A stretch of 56,012 nucleotides of DNA from an uncultured bacterium (GCA_963997925.1 CAXEOX010000005.1:1-56012); one strand, 5' to 3'; shown: positions 1 through 8,644, counted from the first letter of the stretch. Notes: generated by a model from the letters alone, not told the origin. Translations and numbers: made by a program.

Positions 1-341
1 ACTCTTTCGCAGAGAATCTTGGCCAACCGGATCTGATGTTCGTTGGGGGCGTTATAAGCCACGCCGAGGTCCAACTGTTCCTTCACCGCCCCCATCACCG
101 GAGCCGGCGCGTGGCCCAGAATCATAGTGGTCATGGTGTTGATGAAGTCCACACGGTCTACGCCGTCGGCGTCAATCACGTGGCAGCCCGAGGCAGAGGT
201 TACGAAGATTGGATAAGGGTCCCAGAAGATCGAGTTGCGGCTGTCGCCGCCGGGAAGATATTCAGAGGCTTCTTGCCAACAGGCTTTAGACTTCGGGGTT
301 AGCTCCAGGTAACGCGCTAGTTCGCTATTGGTCGCTGCCAT
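1..341 (-). CDS. class-III PLP aminotransferase (glutamate-1-semialdehyde aminomutase-like), 5' part only, runs off window
   Basis: Not in the ORF track. Hand translation from ATG at 341-339 (GGGAG 9 nt upstream) gives MAATNSELARYLELTPKSKACWQEASEYLPGGDSRNSIFWDPYPIFVTSASGCHVIDADGVDRVDFINTMTTMILGHAPAPV..., a typical N-terminus of this family. Confidence 0.6.
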   Translation of the reverse strand, partial: MAATNSELARYLELTPKSKACWQEASEYLPGGDSRNSIFWDPYPIFVTSASGCHVIDADGVDRVDFINTMTTMILGHAPAPVMGAVKEQLDLGVAYNAPNEHQIRLAKILCER

Positions 342-396
342 GGGGGTTACTCCCAATTGGGCAAATAGGATCCAGGATGTGATTCGGTCGACAGGG

Positions 397-1665
397 TTAG
401 GTGACGATGGGGGTGGCGGCCAACTTGGGAAAGTATATTCGGCGCAAAACTAAGCTGCCAAGACTAAGTGTAATTACGATAAGAAACAGAATCCCACCTA
501 CCGCCATTACGGCTGAGGCGTTGAACATGTCCGCAAGGTAAGCGTTGATCAGGTTCGTCACGGCCATACTGCCACCCACGTGTACGGAATAAACGCCCGT
601 AACACGCCCGCGGACTTTATCGTCCGTTAGCGATTGGATGATAGCGTGACTTATTGTCATGAATCCGGCCTGGTTGGCACCCATGGCCACGGCCGCCAAT
701 ATGGACAATTCCCACTGGGTTGTCAAAGCAAGTAATATCGGCCCCATACCGCTGGTAAATCCGAAAACCAGGAACAAGACGCCCCGAGTTGTGGTGTTTC
801 GTACCCCGGCCAAGAAGATAGCTGTGATTAAGGCGCCGGCTCCAACCGCACCGATCAGGTAGGATACCCCCACCGAGCCTGCAGCCAGCTTCTCTGTGGA
901 GATGGATGGTAGAAGCGACTCGTAGGACATGGTCAGGGCGCAGTGGGCCAGCACTATCAGGACCATCGCGAGTATCTGAGGGTGTCCATAGACGTACACG
1001 AAGCCGGCTACCATGTTGCTCAAGAAGCCCTTTTCCCGGTCGATGACACCCGTGGAATGGATACGAATACGCATGGCTGTGATCAGCGCAAAGGCATAGA
1101 AACTACTGCATAGCCAGAAGGCCGCCATTATCCCGTTGTCATCCAGGATGGCCAACAAAGGTAATATACCGAGAGCACCCAACATTCGAGAACCCTGCTG
1201 AGTGGCCTGGTTCAGCGAGATACCATTGAGCAGGCGCTCTTTGGGGACCATATTTGGGATTAAAGCCGAGGTGGTGTTCATCCTAAACGAGGCCAGGGTG
1301 CCATTCAACAATGCCAGGAACAGTAAGATTAAGAGGCGTCCCTCAATCGCGTCTAGCATAACCATCAGGGCCAATGCTACGTTGTGCAGCATATTTAACG
1401 TTAAGCCGACGCGTAGAATGGTTACGCGGTCAAAACGATCGGCCATAAATCCTACTATTGGACTTGTAAACAAGCGGGGAATCATGGCAGCGAAGGTTAC
1501 GAGCCCAACCCAAAGCGCGGCCCCGGTGATTTCGTAGGCCAGCCAACCCCGGGCGATGATGAGGGCCCATTGTGCGGCCCCGGCGAAGGCATTGACCGTC
1601 CACAGCCTCCGGAAATCCTCGTATTGAAGGGCAAGAAGATACTGGTCACGGATCTTAGCTAACAT
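397..1665 (-). CDS. MFS transporter (12-TM, EntS/DUF894-like)
   Basis: 422 aa and hydrophobic throughout. N-terminal YEDFRRLWTVNAFAGAAQW and GFMADRFDR motifs are typical of this MFS subgroup. Paralogue of 29492..30799. Confidence 0.8.
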   Translation of the reverse strand: MLAKIRDQYLLALQYEDFRRLWTVNAFAGAAQWALIIARGWLAYEITGAALWVGLVTFAAMIPRLFTSPIVGFMADRFDRVTILRVGLTLNMLHNVALALMVMLDAIEGRLLILLFLALLNGTLASFRMNTTSALIPNMVPKERLLNGISLNQATQQGSRMLGALGILPLLAILDDNGIMAAFWLCSSFYAFALITAMRIRIHSTGVIDREKGFLSNMVAGFVYVYGHPQILAMVLIVLAHCALTMSYESLLPSISTEKLAAGSVGVSYLIGAVGAGALITAIFLAGVRNTTTRGVLFLVFGFTSGMGPILLALTTQWELSILAAVAMGANQAGFMTISHAIIQSLTDDKVRGRVTGVYSVHVGGSMAVTNLINAYLADMFNASAVMAVGGILFLIVITLSLGSLVLRRIYFPKLAATPIVT

Positions 1666-1864
1666 ATATATCCTGCGTTCAGATACTACTAAATTCCGAC
1701 TATTGTAACAGTGGCATTCAGAATGGAAAAGACAATCTTAGTCCAATTTCTTGACGCTTCTCGGGATGCGCCATAGAATTCCCTCGTCGGCTTAGACTTC
1801 CGTTCGCAGTAGGACTGTCCAACCTAGGACCGGCTTTAAATTCCCCCGGCCCAAAAGGAGGACC

Positions 1865-3100
1865 ATGCCTTCCCAAATACCTTATGGCGATAACTTAATC
1901 GCCCCATACCGGGTGTTGGATCTCACTGATGGCAAAGGGGTTTTCTGCACCAAGCTATTGGCCGACTACGGTGCCAACGTTGTCAGGATAGAGCCGCCAT
2001 CGGGTGATCCCGGCCGGGCCAAGGGACCGTTCCTAGGGGACGAACCCGGCGTCGAACGCAGCGCCTACTACCTTTTCTACAACACCAACAAGCGGTCCAT
2101 AACGCTCAACCTGGAATCCGATCTGGGACAATCCATATTCAAACAACTGGCCGCTAAAGCCGACGTCGTGGTGGAGAGTCTGCCCGTCGGGTATCTGAAA
2201 ACACTGGGCCTGGACTATGATGCCTTGCGGGAGTCCAATCCGGGCCTAGTCATGGCGTCCATCAGTCCATTTGGACAGACCGGTCCCTGGAAGGATTTTA
2301 AGTCTTCCGACCTGATTGCCATGGCCGCCAGCGGGTTCATGCAAATCACCGGAGAGCCGGACGAGCCGCCGGTGCGCCAGGGCAATGAGCAGTCCCACTT
2401 TGCCGGCGCACAATACGCTGCCGTTGCCGTGATGGGAGCCCTGTATTTCCGGGACATGTTGTCGGGAGAAGGCCAGTACATCGACGTTTCCCAGCAGGAG
2501 GCGCTGATTACTTACTACACTGACGCCCATCCCGCCCTGGCCTGGAAGCAGATGGAGCAAAACGTCACCCGGGTCGGCACCAACTCCACCCTGGTTATCC
2601 CGCTGGGGGCCTTCCCTTGCCAAGACGGTTGGATCTGCGCCGGGGTTATCACTCCCCGCGAGTGGGAAGCCCTGGCCGCATGGATCTACGAAGTCACCGG
2701 CAACGAGGAGATTCTCGACGAGAAATACAAAGGCGGCAACCAGGAAAGAGCGCCCCACATCGACATTATCACCGCCATGTTCTTGGAGTTCACCACCCGA
2801 TTCACGTCCGAAGAATTGTTCCATGAGGGGCAGAAGCGGAATCTGGTCTTCCTGCCGGTGACCGATGTCGCCGACCTGCTCCATGACGACCAACTGGAAG
2901 CCAGCCATCTATGGACCCAACTGGACCACCAAGAGGTGGGTGAACTTAAATATCCCCTGGGCATATTCGACAGCGAAGACTTCTCTCCGGCCCGATCCGC
3001 CGCCCCCGCATTGGGTCAGGATAACGGCGCTATCTATGGAGGGGAGTTGGGATTGACCTTCCAGGAAATGGCAGGGCTTCGGACTGCTAGGGTTATTTAA
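1865..3100 (+). CDS. family III CoA-transferase (CaiB/BaiF)
   Basis: AGGAGG SD. N-terminal YRVLDLTDGKGVFCTKLLADYGANVVRIEPPSGDPGR and KSSDLIAMAASGFMQITGEPDEPP (catalytic Asp context). Confidence 0.9.
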   Translation: MPSQIPYGDNLIAPYRVLDLTDGKGVFCTKLLADYGANVVRIEPPSGDPGRAKGPFLGDEPGVERSAYYLFYNTNKRSITLNLESDLGQSIFKQLAAKADVVVESLPVGYLKTLGLDYDALRESNPGLVMASISPFGQTGPWKDFKSSDLIAMAASGFMQITGEPDEPPVRQGNEQSHFAGAQYAAVAVMGALYFRDMLSGEGQYIDVSQQEALITYYTDAHPALAWKQMEQNVTRVGTNSTLVIPLGAFPCQDGWICAGVITPREWEALAAWIYEVTGNEEILDEKYKGGNQERAPHIDIITAMFLEFTTRFTSEELFHEGQKRNLVFLPVTDVADLLHDDQLEASHLWTQLDHQEVGELKYPLGIFDSEDFSPARSAAPALGQDNGAIYGGELGLTFQEMAGLRTARVI

Positions 3101-3123
3101 AGTGGACATGATGGATATCGCGA

Positions 3124-4347
3124 ATGGCTAAGAGAGCTTTAGAAGGGATAAGGGTTGTCGAGCTGGGACCCTACGTGGCCTTGCCGATGACCGGTCGTAT
3201 CCTGGCGTCCATGGGAGCCGAGGTCATAAAGGTAGAGACCAACAAGGTTCTGGACGAGATGGCCTTCATTCCGGCTTGGTCCAGGGGGGCCGGGCAACCG
3301 GATTATCAGCGGCATAAGAAGCGGATAACCCTGGATGTGCGGACAGATGAAGGTAGAGACCTGCTCCTGAAGTTGCTCAAGGTGAGCGACGTTTTCATGA
3401 CCAACTTCCGACGGAACATCCTGTCCCGATGGGGCGTCGACTTTCCAGAGGTTAGGGAGGCGAGGCCGGACATCGTCATCATGTGGCAGACCGGCTTGGG
3501 GGGCAACGGACCCTACTACACCTACAAATCCTACGGCATCCTGGTCCAGCACATGTCGGGTGTTTCAATGATGAGTGGGTCGCCCGGTGCCCCGCCGGTC
3601 GCCGTAAACACATCGTATTCTGACTACCATACCGGGGTGTTTCAGCCGATGGCTATCATCGCCGCCCTGATGCGTCGGGGTCAGGAGGGGAAACCCGCTA
3701 CCATGGAGTCGTCGATATTCCGGTCGGGTGCGGTTACCGCCGGTCCCGCCATATTGGATTACCAGCTCAATAATCGATTGCCGGAACGCCGCAACAACCG
3801 GGACGCGTTGGCAGCTCCCCACGGGGTTTACCTATGTCAGGGCGCGGACCGGTACTGCGCCATCGCCGTTGATGGCGATGAGCAGTGGGCCGCTTTATGC
3901 CAGGCTATGGGCAACCCTGATTGGACCCAGTACGCCCAGTTCGCCACCGCTTTCAGCCGCCTAGGCAACCAAGATGAACTGGATCGGTTGATGGGCGAGT
4001 GGACTATTGGATTCGCCGCCGAAGAGGTTATGGACAAGCTGCAGCAAGCTGGGGTACCGGCAAGCATCGTGTCCCAGGGCCAAGACTTGCACGATAGCGA
4101 GCATCTTAAATCTAAAGATTTCTACCGGGACACGAACTACTACGTGGCAGAGCGGGGTACGCATGCCTCCCAATGGGAAGAGGGATCAAGTATCGCCTGG
4201 TCGATGCCTTTCAGCATGTCGAAAACGCCGGTGGAGTTCGGCAAGTACACCAATATCGGCGAAGATAATTCCCACGTCTTCGGCGAGTTGCTAGGCCTGA
4301 GTGCTGCCGAGATTGCCCGGCTATCCGAGAAAGAAGTGATTTACTAG
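3124..4347 (+). CDS. family III CoA-transferase (CaiB/BaiF) paralogue, Gly at the catalytic Asp position
   Basis: LEGIRVVELGPYVALPMTGRILASMGAEVIKVE. By hand alignment KSYGILVQHMSG aligns with KSSDLIAMAASG of the upstream gene. Confidence 0.85.
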   Translation: MAKRALEGIRVVELGPYVALPMTGRILASMGAEVIKVETNKVLDEMAFIPAWSRGAGQPDYQRHKKRITLDVRTDEGRDLLLKLLKVSDVFMTNFRRNILSRWGVDFPEVREARPDIVIMWQTGLGGNGPYYTYKSYGILVQHMSGVSMMSGSPGAPPVAVNTSYSDYHTGVFQPMAIIAALMRRGQEGKPATMESSIFRSGAVTAGPAILDYQLNNRLPERRNNRDALAAPHGVYLCQGADRYCAIAVDGDEQWAALCQAMGNPDWTQYAQFATAFSRLGNQDELDRLMGEWTIGFAAEEVMDKLQQAGVPASIVSQGQDLHDSEHLKSKDFYRDTNYYVAERGTHASQWEEGSSIAWSMPFSMSKTPVEFGKYTNIGEDNSHVFGELLGLSAAEIARLSEKEVIY

Positions 4348-4350
4348 CTT

Positions 4351-4378
4351 TCAGCTATCAGCCGTCAGCATTCAGCCG
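4351..4378 (+). repeat. tandem heptad array TCAGCNN x4 (H1)
   Basis: TCAGCTA TCAGCCG TCAGCAT TCAGCCG directly after the stop codon (4345-4347, itself in a degenerate unit CTAGCTT). Same array type at 14773-14800 and 31275-31302. Confidence 0.8.
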
Positions 4379-4403
4379 ATGAACGCCAGAGTGAGGTGTA
4401 TCT

Positions 4404-5201
4404 GTGGACTACAGCCAATACCAGCATATCGTGATAGAGATTAATGATGGGGTGGCCTTGCTGACCATCAACCGGCCCGAGGTTATGAACGCCACCAACG
4501 CCAAGCTCCATAACGAGCTTAGCCGGGTCTGGTTGGACTTGGGTCAGGACCCGGAAGTGAGGGTGGCAGTGATTACCGGGGCGGGCAACGCCTTTTCCGC
4601 TGGGGGCGACTTCGAGTTGATCGAAAACACCATCGGAAATGCCGACTTGGTGGCAGCCACGATGCAGGAAGCCAGCGACATCGTTCACAACATGATTAAC
4701 CTGGACAAGCCGGTAATCTCGGCGATAAATGGCGTCGCGGTGGGTGCGGGACTCGCCGTGGCCATGCTGGCGGACATCTCCATCGCCGCCGAAGACGCCC
4801 GGATCACCGACGGTCACGTTCGCCTGGGAGTCGCGGCCGGGGACCATGCCAGCGTCATCTGGCCGCTGCTCTGTGGCATGGCCAAAGCCAAATATTACCT
4901 TCTGACCTGTGACTTCCTGGACGGCAAAGAAGCCGAGCGCATCGGCTTGGTAAGTCTGGCAGTCCCTTCCGATGAGTTGATGCCCAAGGCCATGGAGGTT
5001 GCTCAAAAACTGGCATCGGGACCCCAGTCAGCCATCAGATGGACCAAGCGGTCCCTTAACCAGTGGCTACGTATGGCGGCCCACACGTCCTTCGACTATT
5101 CCCTAGCGCTGGAGATGCTGGGATTCTTCGGCGACGACATCAAAGAAGGCCTGCAATCTCTCAAAGAGAGAAGGGCGCCCGATTTCCCTTCGGCCCGGTA
5201 G
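4404..5201 (+). CDS. enoyl-CoA hydratase/isomerase (crotonase superfamily)
   Basis: GTG start with GAGGTG SD. VALLTINRPEVMNATN...ITGAGNAFSAGGD...PVISAINGVAVGAG are classic crotonase motifs. Confidence 0.9.
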   Translation: MDYSQYQHIVIEINDGVALLTINRPEVMNATNAKLHNELSRVWLDLGQDPEVRVAVITGAGNAFSAGGDFELIENTIGNADLVAATMQEASDIVHNMINLDKPVISAINGVAVGAGLAVAMLADISIAAEDARITDGHVRLGVAAGDHASVIWPLLCGMAKAKYYLLTCDFLDGKEAERIGLVSLAVPSDELMPKAMEVAQKLASGPQSAIRWTKRSLNQWLRMAAHTSFDYSLALEMLGFFGDDIKEGLQSLKERRAPDFPSAR

Positions 5202-5239
5202 GGGGACAAAATCGCGATTCGACAACCTTCTTCCGGCGG

Positions 5240-5267
5240 GTAGGGGCGCACGGCCGTGCGCCCCTAC
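5240..5267. repeat. REP-like perfect 14+14 palindrome GTAGGGGCGCACGG/CCGTGCGCCCCTAC (REP-A1)
   Basis: Read directly. Lies just downstream of the RAYT gene; family members at 5521, 11300 and 34115. Confidence 0.85.
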
Positions 5268-5407
5268 GGACGGCTCCTTGAAACATTTGTCGGATTGTAT
5301 TTGTCGTCGGGCCATTTGGCCGGATTGTCGTGGATATATTGGCGAATGCGATTAATGTCGGTCTCACGTCTGATGATGTGTTCGTAGTAATTCCGTTGCC
5401 ATATGGG

Positions 5408-5830
5408 CTAGCCGGGGGTGTGACGGGATTGATTTATTCGTTTTGTTGCCGCCGATTTGAATCCCGCGATCAATGAGCCGAGGGATCTAGGCGGACGTTG
5501 GAAGATTGAGTTTCCACAGGGTAGGGGCCCACGGCCGTGCGCCCCTACCAAACCCTCGGGTTCACGTATCGTAATTATTCCGTGGATATGATTGGGCATG
5601 ATCACGAATTCATCTACTTGCACCTCAGGGCGGATGATTTCTGTATACGACCATTCCTCCTGAACTACCCTGCCCGCGAAATTCAACGCTACTTCTTCAT
5701 CAATCACGTTGCCAAATAAACATTCTCGACCTTTGGTACAGACCGTGACAAAGTAGGACCCAGGTTGGGAATAGTCATATCCTCGCAAGCGTATGGACCG
5801 GCGTTGATTAACTTCGGGATTGTGATTCAT
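5408..5830 (-). CDS. REP-associated tyrosine transposase (RAYT, IS200/Y1-like), truncated by an in-frame TAG
   Basis: RLRGYDYSQPGSYFVTVCT...VIMPNHIHGIITI (HUH). The frame continues after TAG 5408-5410 as PIWQRNYYEHIIRRETDINRIRQYIHDNPAKW... to TAG 5264-5266. Confidence 0.85.
   Translation of the reverse strand: MNHNPEVNQRRSIRLRGYDYSQPGSYFVTVCTKGRECLFGNVIDEEVALNFAGRVVQEEWSYTEIIRPEVQVDEFVIMPNHIHGIITIREPEGLVGAHGRGPLPCGNSIFQRPPRSLGSLIAGFKSAATKRINQSRHTPG
5521..5548. repeat. REP-A2 palindrome inside the RAYT coding sequence
   Basis: GTAGGGGCCCACGGCCGTGCGCCCCTAC (one mismatch). Encodes VGAHGRGPL of the RAYT on the minus strand. Confidence 0.8.
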
Positions 5831-5973
5831 ATTCGCTGATGCATCCGTTGGTCTGCTGGCCGATTTTTATGTAGATGGGTGTCTAGTAGAGTAGCCCCAA
5901 CCCGCTGGGCCTAATATAATATCAACGAACCTAGCCTCACGGAATAAAGCTTTGACAGTCGAAAGAGGATCAG

Positions 5974-6627
5974 ATGGATAGTTTTAGCGAACAGTTAAGG
6001 GCTGAAGCGGAGCCCATGTGGAAACAGATATTCGCCCAGCCTTTCTTACGAGAGATTAAAGACGGTACGCTGCCGTTGGAGAAGTTTCAGTATTACTTGG
6101 GACAGGACTATCTGTACCTGGAAGGGTTCGCCCGGACGGTGTGCATGGCCCTGGCCAAGGCCCCGGATTCACAGACATTGGAGGAGTTGGCCCACCGGGT
6201 AATGACCCCGGTGGAGCGCCCGTTGCATCACAAGTTGGTGGCCGAGGCCGGGCTGACCATGGAAGATGTTAAGAAGGTGAAGCGGTCGCCCACCAACACC
6301 GGTTATGTCAACCACATGATTACGACCGCGTCTCTTTACGGACTGGGACCGACGGCGGCGGCGCTGCTGCCTTGTCCCTGGTCTTATCATGAACTGAAGG
6401 ACGCTTTGGGCCAGTCGGAGCATCCCCTATACGGCCAGTGGACTCACTTCTACGTGGCGGGATTGCTACAGAACAGTGTGGATGCCTGGCGGGGGTTCGT
6501 GGACCAAGCGGCTCGAGAGGCAAGTTCACAGGAATTGGACGCGATGCGGGACGCCTTTATGATTAGCAGCCGCTACGAGTACATGTTCTGGGACATGGCC
6601 TATAACATGGAAGAGTGGCCTGTATAG
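5974..6627 (+). CDS. tenA: thiaminase II / aminopyrimidine aminohydrolase (TenA_C type)
   Basis: FLREIKDGTLPLEKFQYYLGQDYLYL, LLPCPWSY (catalytic Cys context) and YEYMFWDMAY. Confidence 0.85.
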   Translation: MDSFSEQLRAEAEPMWKQIFAQPFLREIKDGTLPLEKFQYYLGQDYLYLEGFARTVCMALAKAPDSQTLEELAHRVMTPVERPLHHKLVAEAGLTMEDVKKVKRSPTNTGYVNHMITTASLYGLGPTAAALLPCPWSYHELKDALGQSEHPLYGQWTHFYVAGLLQNSVDAWRGFVDQAAREASSQELDAMRDAFMISSRYEYMFWDMAYNMEEWPV

Positions 6628-6661
6628 GGCCACTCTAAGGTCTAATTGATGTTTTAGGGAT

Positions 6662-6689
6662 AAGCCGGCCTAGAAGCCTAGACCGGCTT
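6662..6689. terminator. hairpin between convergent tenA and a small ORF
   Basis: AAGCCGGCCTAG-AAGC-CTAGACCGGCTT, a 12-bp stem with one mismatch. No clean U-tract. Confidence 0.35.
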
Positions 6690-6697
6690 GCGTCGTC

Positions 6698-6916
6698 TTA
6701 AGTCTGGATGGGTGACGGCCTTTCCCGGTAAGTGTAGTACCGCACTCCGGCGCAGGGGACGAAGTAGAACCAGGGCGCTATTTCATTCTCGGTCAATTTT
6801 GCAGCGCTTTCCGCCTCCTTCACTATATCGGCCAGTTCGTCGATCAAGGATGGATCCAGTCCGGCCTCTGTGACTTCCACTTCATCTAGACGTTCCGTAA
6901 CTAACATCGGCCCCAT
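6698..6916 (-). CDS. small acidic hypothetical protein (72 aa)
   Basis: ATG at 6916 is preceded by AGGAGG (8-nt spacer). The longer 142-aa version of the ORF has an Arg/Ser/Cys-rich, non-protein-like N-terminus. No family recognised. Confidence 0.35.
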   Translation of the reverse strand: MGPMLVTERLDEVEVTEAGLDPSLIDELADIVKEAESAAKLTENEIAPWFYFVPCAGVRYYTYRERPSPIQT

Positions 6917-7267
6917 TGCAACACCTCCTGACGTACTCGAGTCAACGCCCATCACCACTGCTTGCCTTCTAGGGTCATTTTCGCCTGGGACAGACTTGTC
7001 AGTAAGGGCCGAAAGGCACGTTGTACACATCCATCCGGCCCTGAGCCTGATGATATCGGAATTCGACCTGAGTATTCGACCTCGTCTAGCGTAACCCGCC
7101 ATAGGGCATGACCAACTTGGCATCAACGGGCCGCTTTAAGGGTTCGGTCCGGGATATTTTGATATCTTTTTTCCCGGATCAGATGTGTCAGAATGCGTCC
7201 ATGCCACGTCCCCAGAGGTGCTGCTAGACGATATCAATGCAATCTGATCGGATATTCCCCAGTTAGA

Positions 7268-7618
7268 ATGTCTGACCTGATGCATGAATTGATTGGTACT
7301 ACCAAGATGCTTTCCATCTTGCCAGCGGTGGGGTTTACCGATGTCGCTCGTTGGATATGGTACGGGATCTCTGGATTGATTGTTGCGGGGATTGTCCTGC
7401 ATCTGTTGTTCACCCTGGTGAACGCAGCGTATAAAGATAGAAAACACAGCACCATGCTTATCGTCCATTTAGTCGTAGGGTCATCTAATCGGCGGCTTTA
7501 CTGTAGCGATCCTTCCTATACCAATAACCGGTCTGTGGGCTTTGTTTGCTTGTGGGGGTGGGATTGTCGGGATGATGATTGGGGAACTTCGCTGGGTTGC
7601 CCCAGAAGACGCCATTGA
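7268..7618 (+). CDS. hypothetical membrane protein fragment (possibly the 5' part of a frameshifted gene)
   Basis: One clear TM helix (WIWYGISGLIVAGIVLHLLFTLV), no SD, AT-rich. The sequence loses protein-like character after about 7480. Confidence 0.2.
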   Translation: MSDLMHELIGTTKMLSILPAVGFTDVARWIWYGISGLIVAGIVLHLLFTLVNAAYKDRKHSTMLIVHLVVGSSNRRLYCSDPSYTNNRSVGFVCLWGWDCRDDDWGTSLGCPRRRH

Positions 7619-8093
7619 AGACGAAGGTCTGAGCATGGATCAGGCCAGCACCCAGCAAACCCCATCGTCCCAACGTGAATGGGATAACCGTAGGGAAAAT
7701 GACTGTGACCTTGCAATTTCCCTATTAGGTCAAGGGGAATGCTGCGATGGTTGCCACCGGGAGTGGATGAAGGAACATTATGCCATGGTATTAGAGGGTG
7801 AAAAGTTGCTTGTCTGCCATATCCTGTCTGACTTAATCAAAGCTGATGGGGGAGCCTCGGATGACGACACTGCTCGGAGGCGTGCCAGGATAAGGGCCGG
7901 TGAGGGTGTTCGCCGAACACAAGCAGAATCTTATAGACGATTGAGCCACCCACCACACTGCTTCGAGCACCCGAATCTCTCACCTGAGGTAGACATGCAA
8001 CTGCATCGCGAGCTATTTGAGCTTGGTCCGCTGGAAGGTAAGGATCAGAATAAGCGGCGAAAAATAGAAGAGAAATACATCTCCGGGCGCTAG
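7542..8093 (+). CDS. hypothetical Cys/His-rich protein
   Basis: The frame is open from 7479 and begins with TM-like FTVAILPIPITGLWALFACGGGIVGMMIG, followed by a CCDGCHREW...VCH region. No family recognised. Confidence 0.3.
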   Translation: MFACGGGIVGMMIGELRWVAPEDAIEDEGLSMDQASTQQTPSSQREWDNRRENDCDLAISLLGQGECCDGCHREWMKEHYAMVLEGEKLLVCHILSDLIKADGGASDDDTARRRARIRAGEGVRRTQAESYRRLSHPPHCFEHPNLSPEVDMQLHRELFELGPLEGKDQNKRRKIEEKYISGR

Positions 8094-8233
8094 AAAACTC
8101 GTCACCTATTGTCTGTCACGTTGTGCCTAGCCATAAGGCCCTGAGCGGGACGACCTGAACCTTGGCCTGCGGGTCTGGACCTCGATGCAAGCGGTGGCCG
8201 TCGGATGGGGCGTACCCTATGCGAGGAGCAACT

Positions 8234-8644
8234 GTGCACCGGAGGCCCGTGTTACCGATGAATCATAAAACCAACGAAATGCTCCGAGCGTTCGCAGCAG
8301 AGGTGACTTCGACGCTGCTAGATGGCAATCGCCATCAGACTCCCGGACTAGGCACTTTTTCAACGTGTATTCGAAAAGCAAGCGCAAAGAGAGCTGCTTG
8401 CAAAATGGTTATGTTTCGGGCGAGCGCGGAGCTTAGAGCGTATGCCACTGGTGGATCGCTACCACTCGTGTCCGGACCACATGCCGAAGTCGTGAGCTTT
8501 ATCGTCGAGGCCATGCAAATGGAACAGGGTGTCGACGTGCCGCTTCTTGGCCGCATGGCAGTGGTGCCTGTAGTAGGAAAGAAACCGAAGCTAATTTTCC
8601 ACGGTGCCCAAGAGCTCAATGACGTCTTAGCCGGCTCATGTTGA
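8234..8644 (+). CDS. hypothetical, weak resemblance to tandem HU/IHF-like DNA-binding half-domains
   Basis: GTG at 8234 with GAGGAG SD. GLGTFSTCIRK...MVMFRASAELR and VDVPLLGRMAVVP...LIFHGAQELNDVL resemble HU beta-arm flanks. Pattern recognition only. Confidence 0.3.
   Translation: MHRRPVLPMNHKTNEMLRAFAAEVTSTLLDGNRHQTPGLGTFSTCIRKASAKRAACKMVMFRASAELRAYATGGSLPLVSGPHAEVVSFIVEAMQMEQGVDVPLLGRMAVVPVVGKKPKLIFHGAQELNDVLAGSC

Noticed and set aside
36-302. 88-aa plus-strand ORF at the window start
   Set aside because: It is antisense to a much better supported aminotransferase N-terminus on the minus strand (ATG 341 with SD). Its sequence is Arg/His/Gly-rich and not protein-like.
2246-2908. Long antisense ORFs inside well-supported genes (also 17705-18301, 25302-25946, 38886-39743, 44608-45339, 49483-50148, 50713-51258)
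   Set aside because: These are typical high-GC shadow ORFs. They are Arg/Gly/Pro/His-rich with no recognisable motifs, and each fully overlaps a gene with clear family signatures on the other strand.
4351-4378. Heptad arrays as a CRISPR array or as coding repeats (SAISRQHSAD-type peptides)
   Set aside because: The units are 7 nt with no spacers, the arrays are only 28 nt long, and they lie between well-defined stop and start codons.
5831-5973. TPP (THI-box) riboswitch upstream of tenA
   Set aside because: The conserved CUGAGA and ACCUGA elements are absent from the 143-nt leader.
6917-7126. Long (142-aa) version of the small minus-strand ORF
   Set aside because: The N-terminal 70 aa are Arg/Ser/Cys-rich with no SD. 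The internal ATG at 6916 has a perfect AGGAGG.
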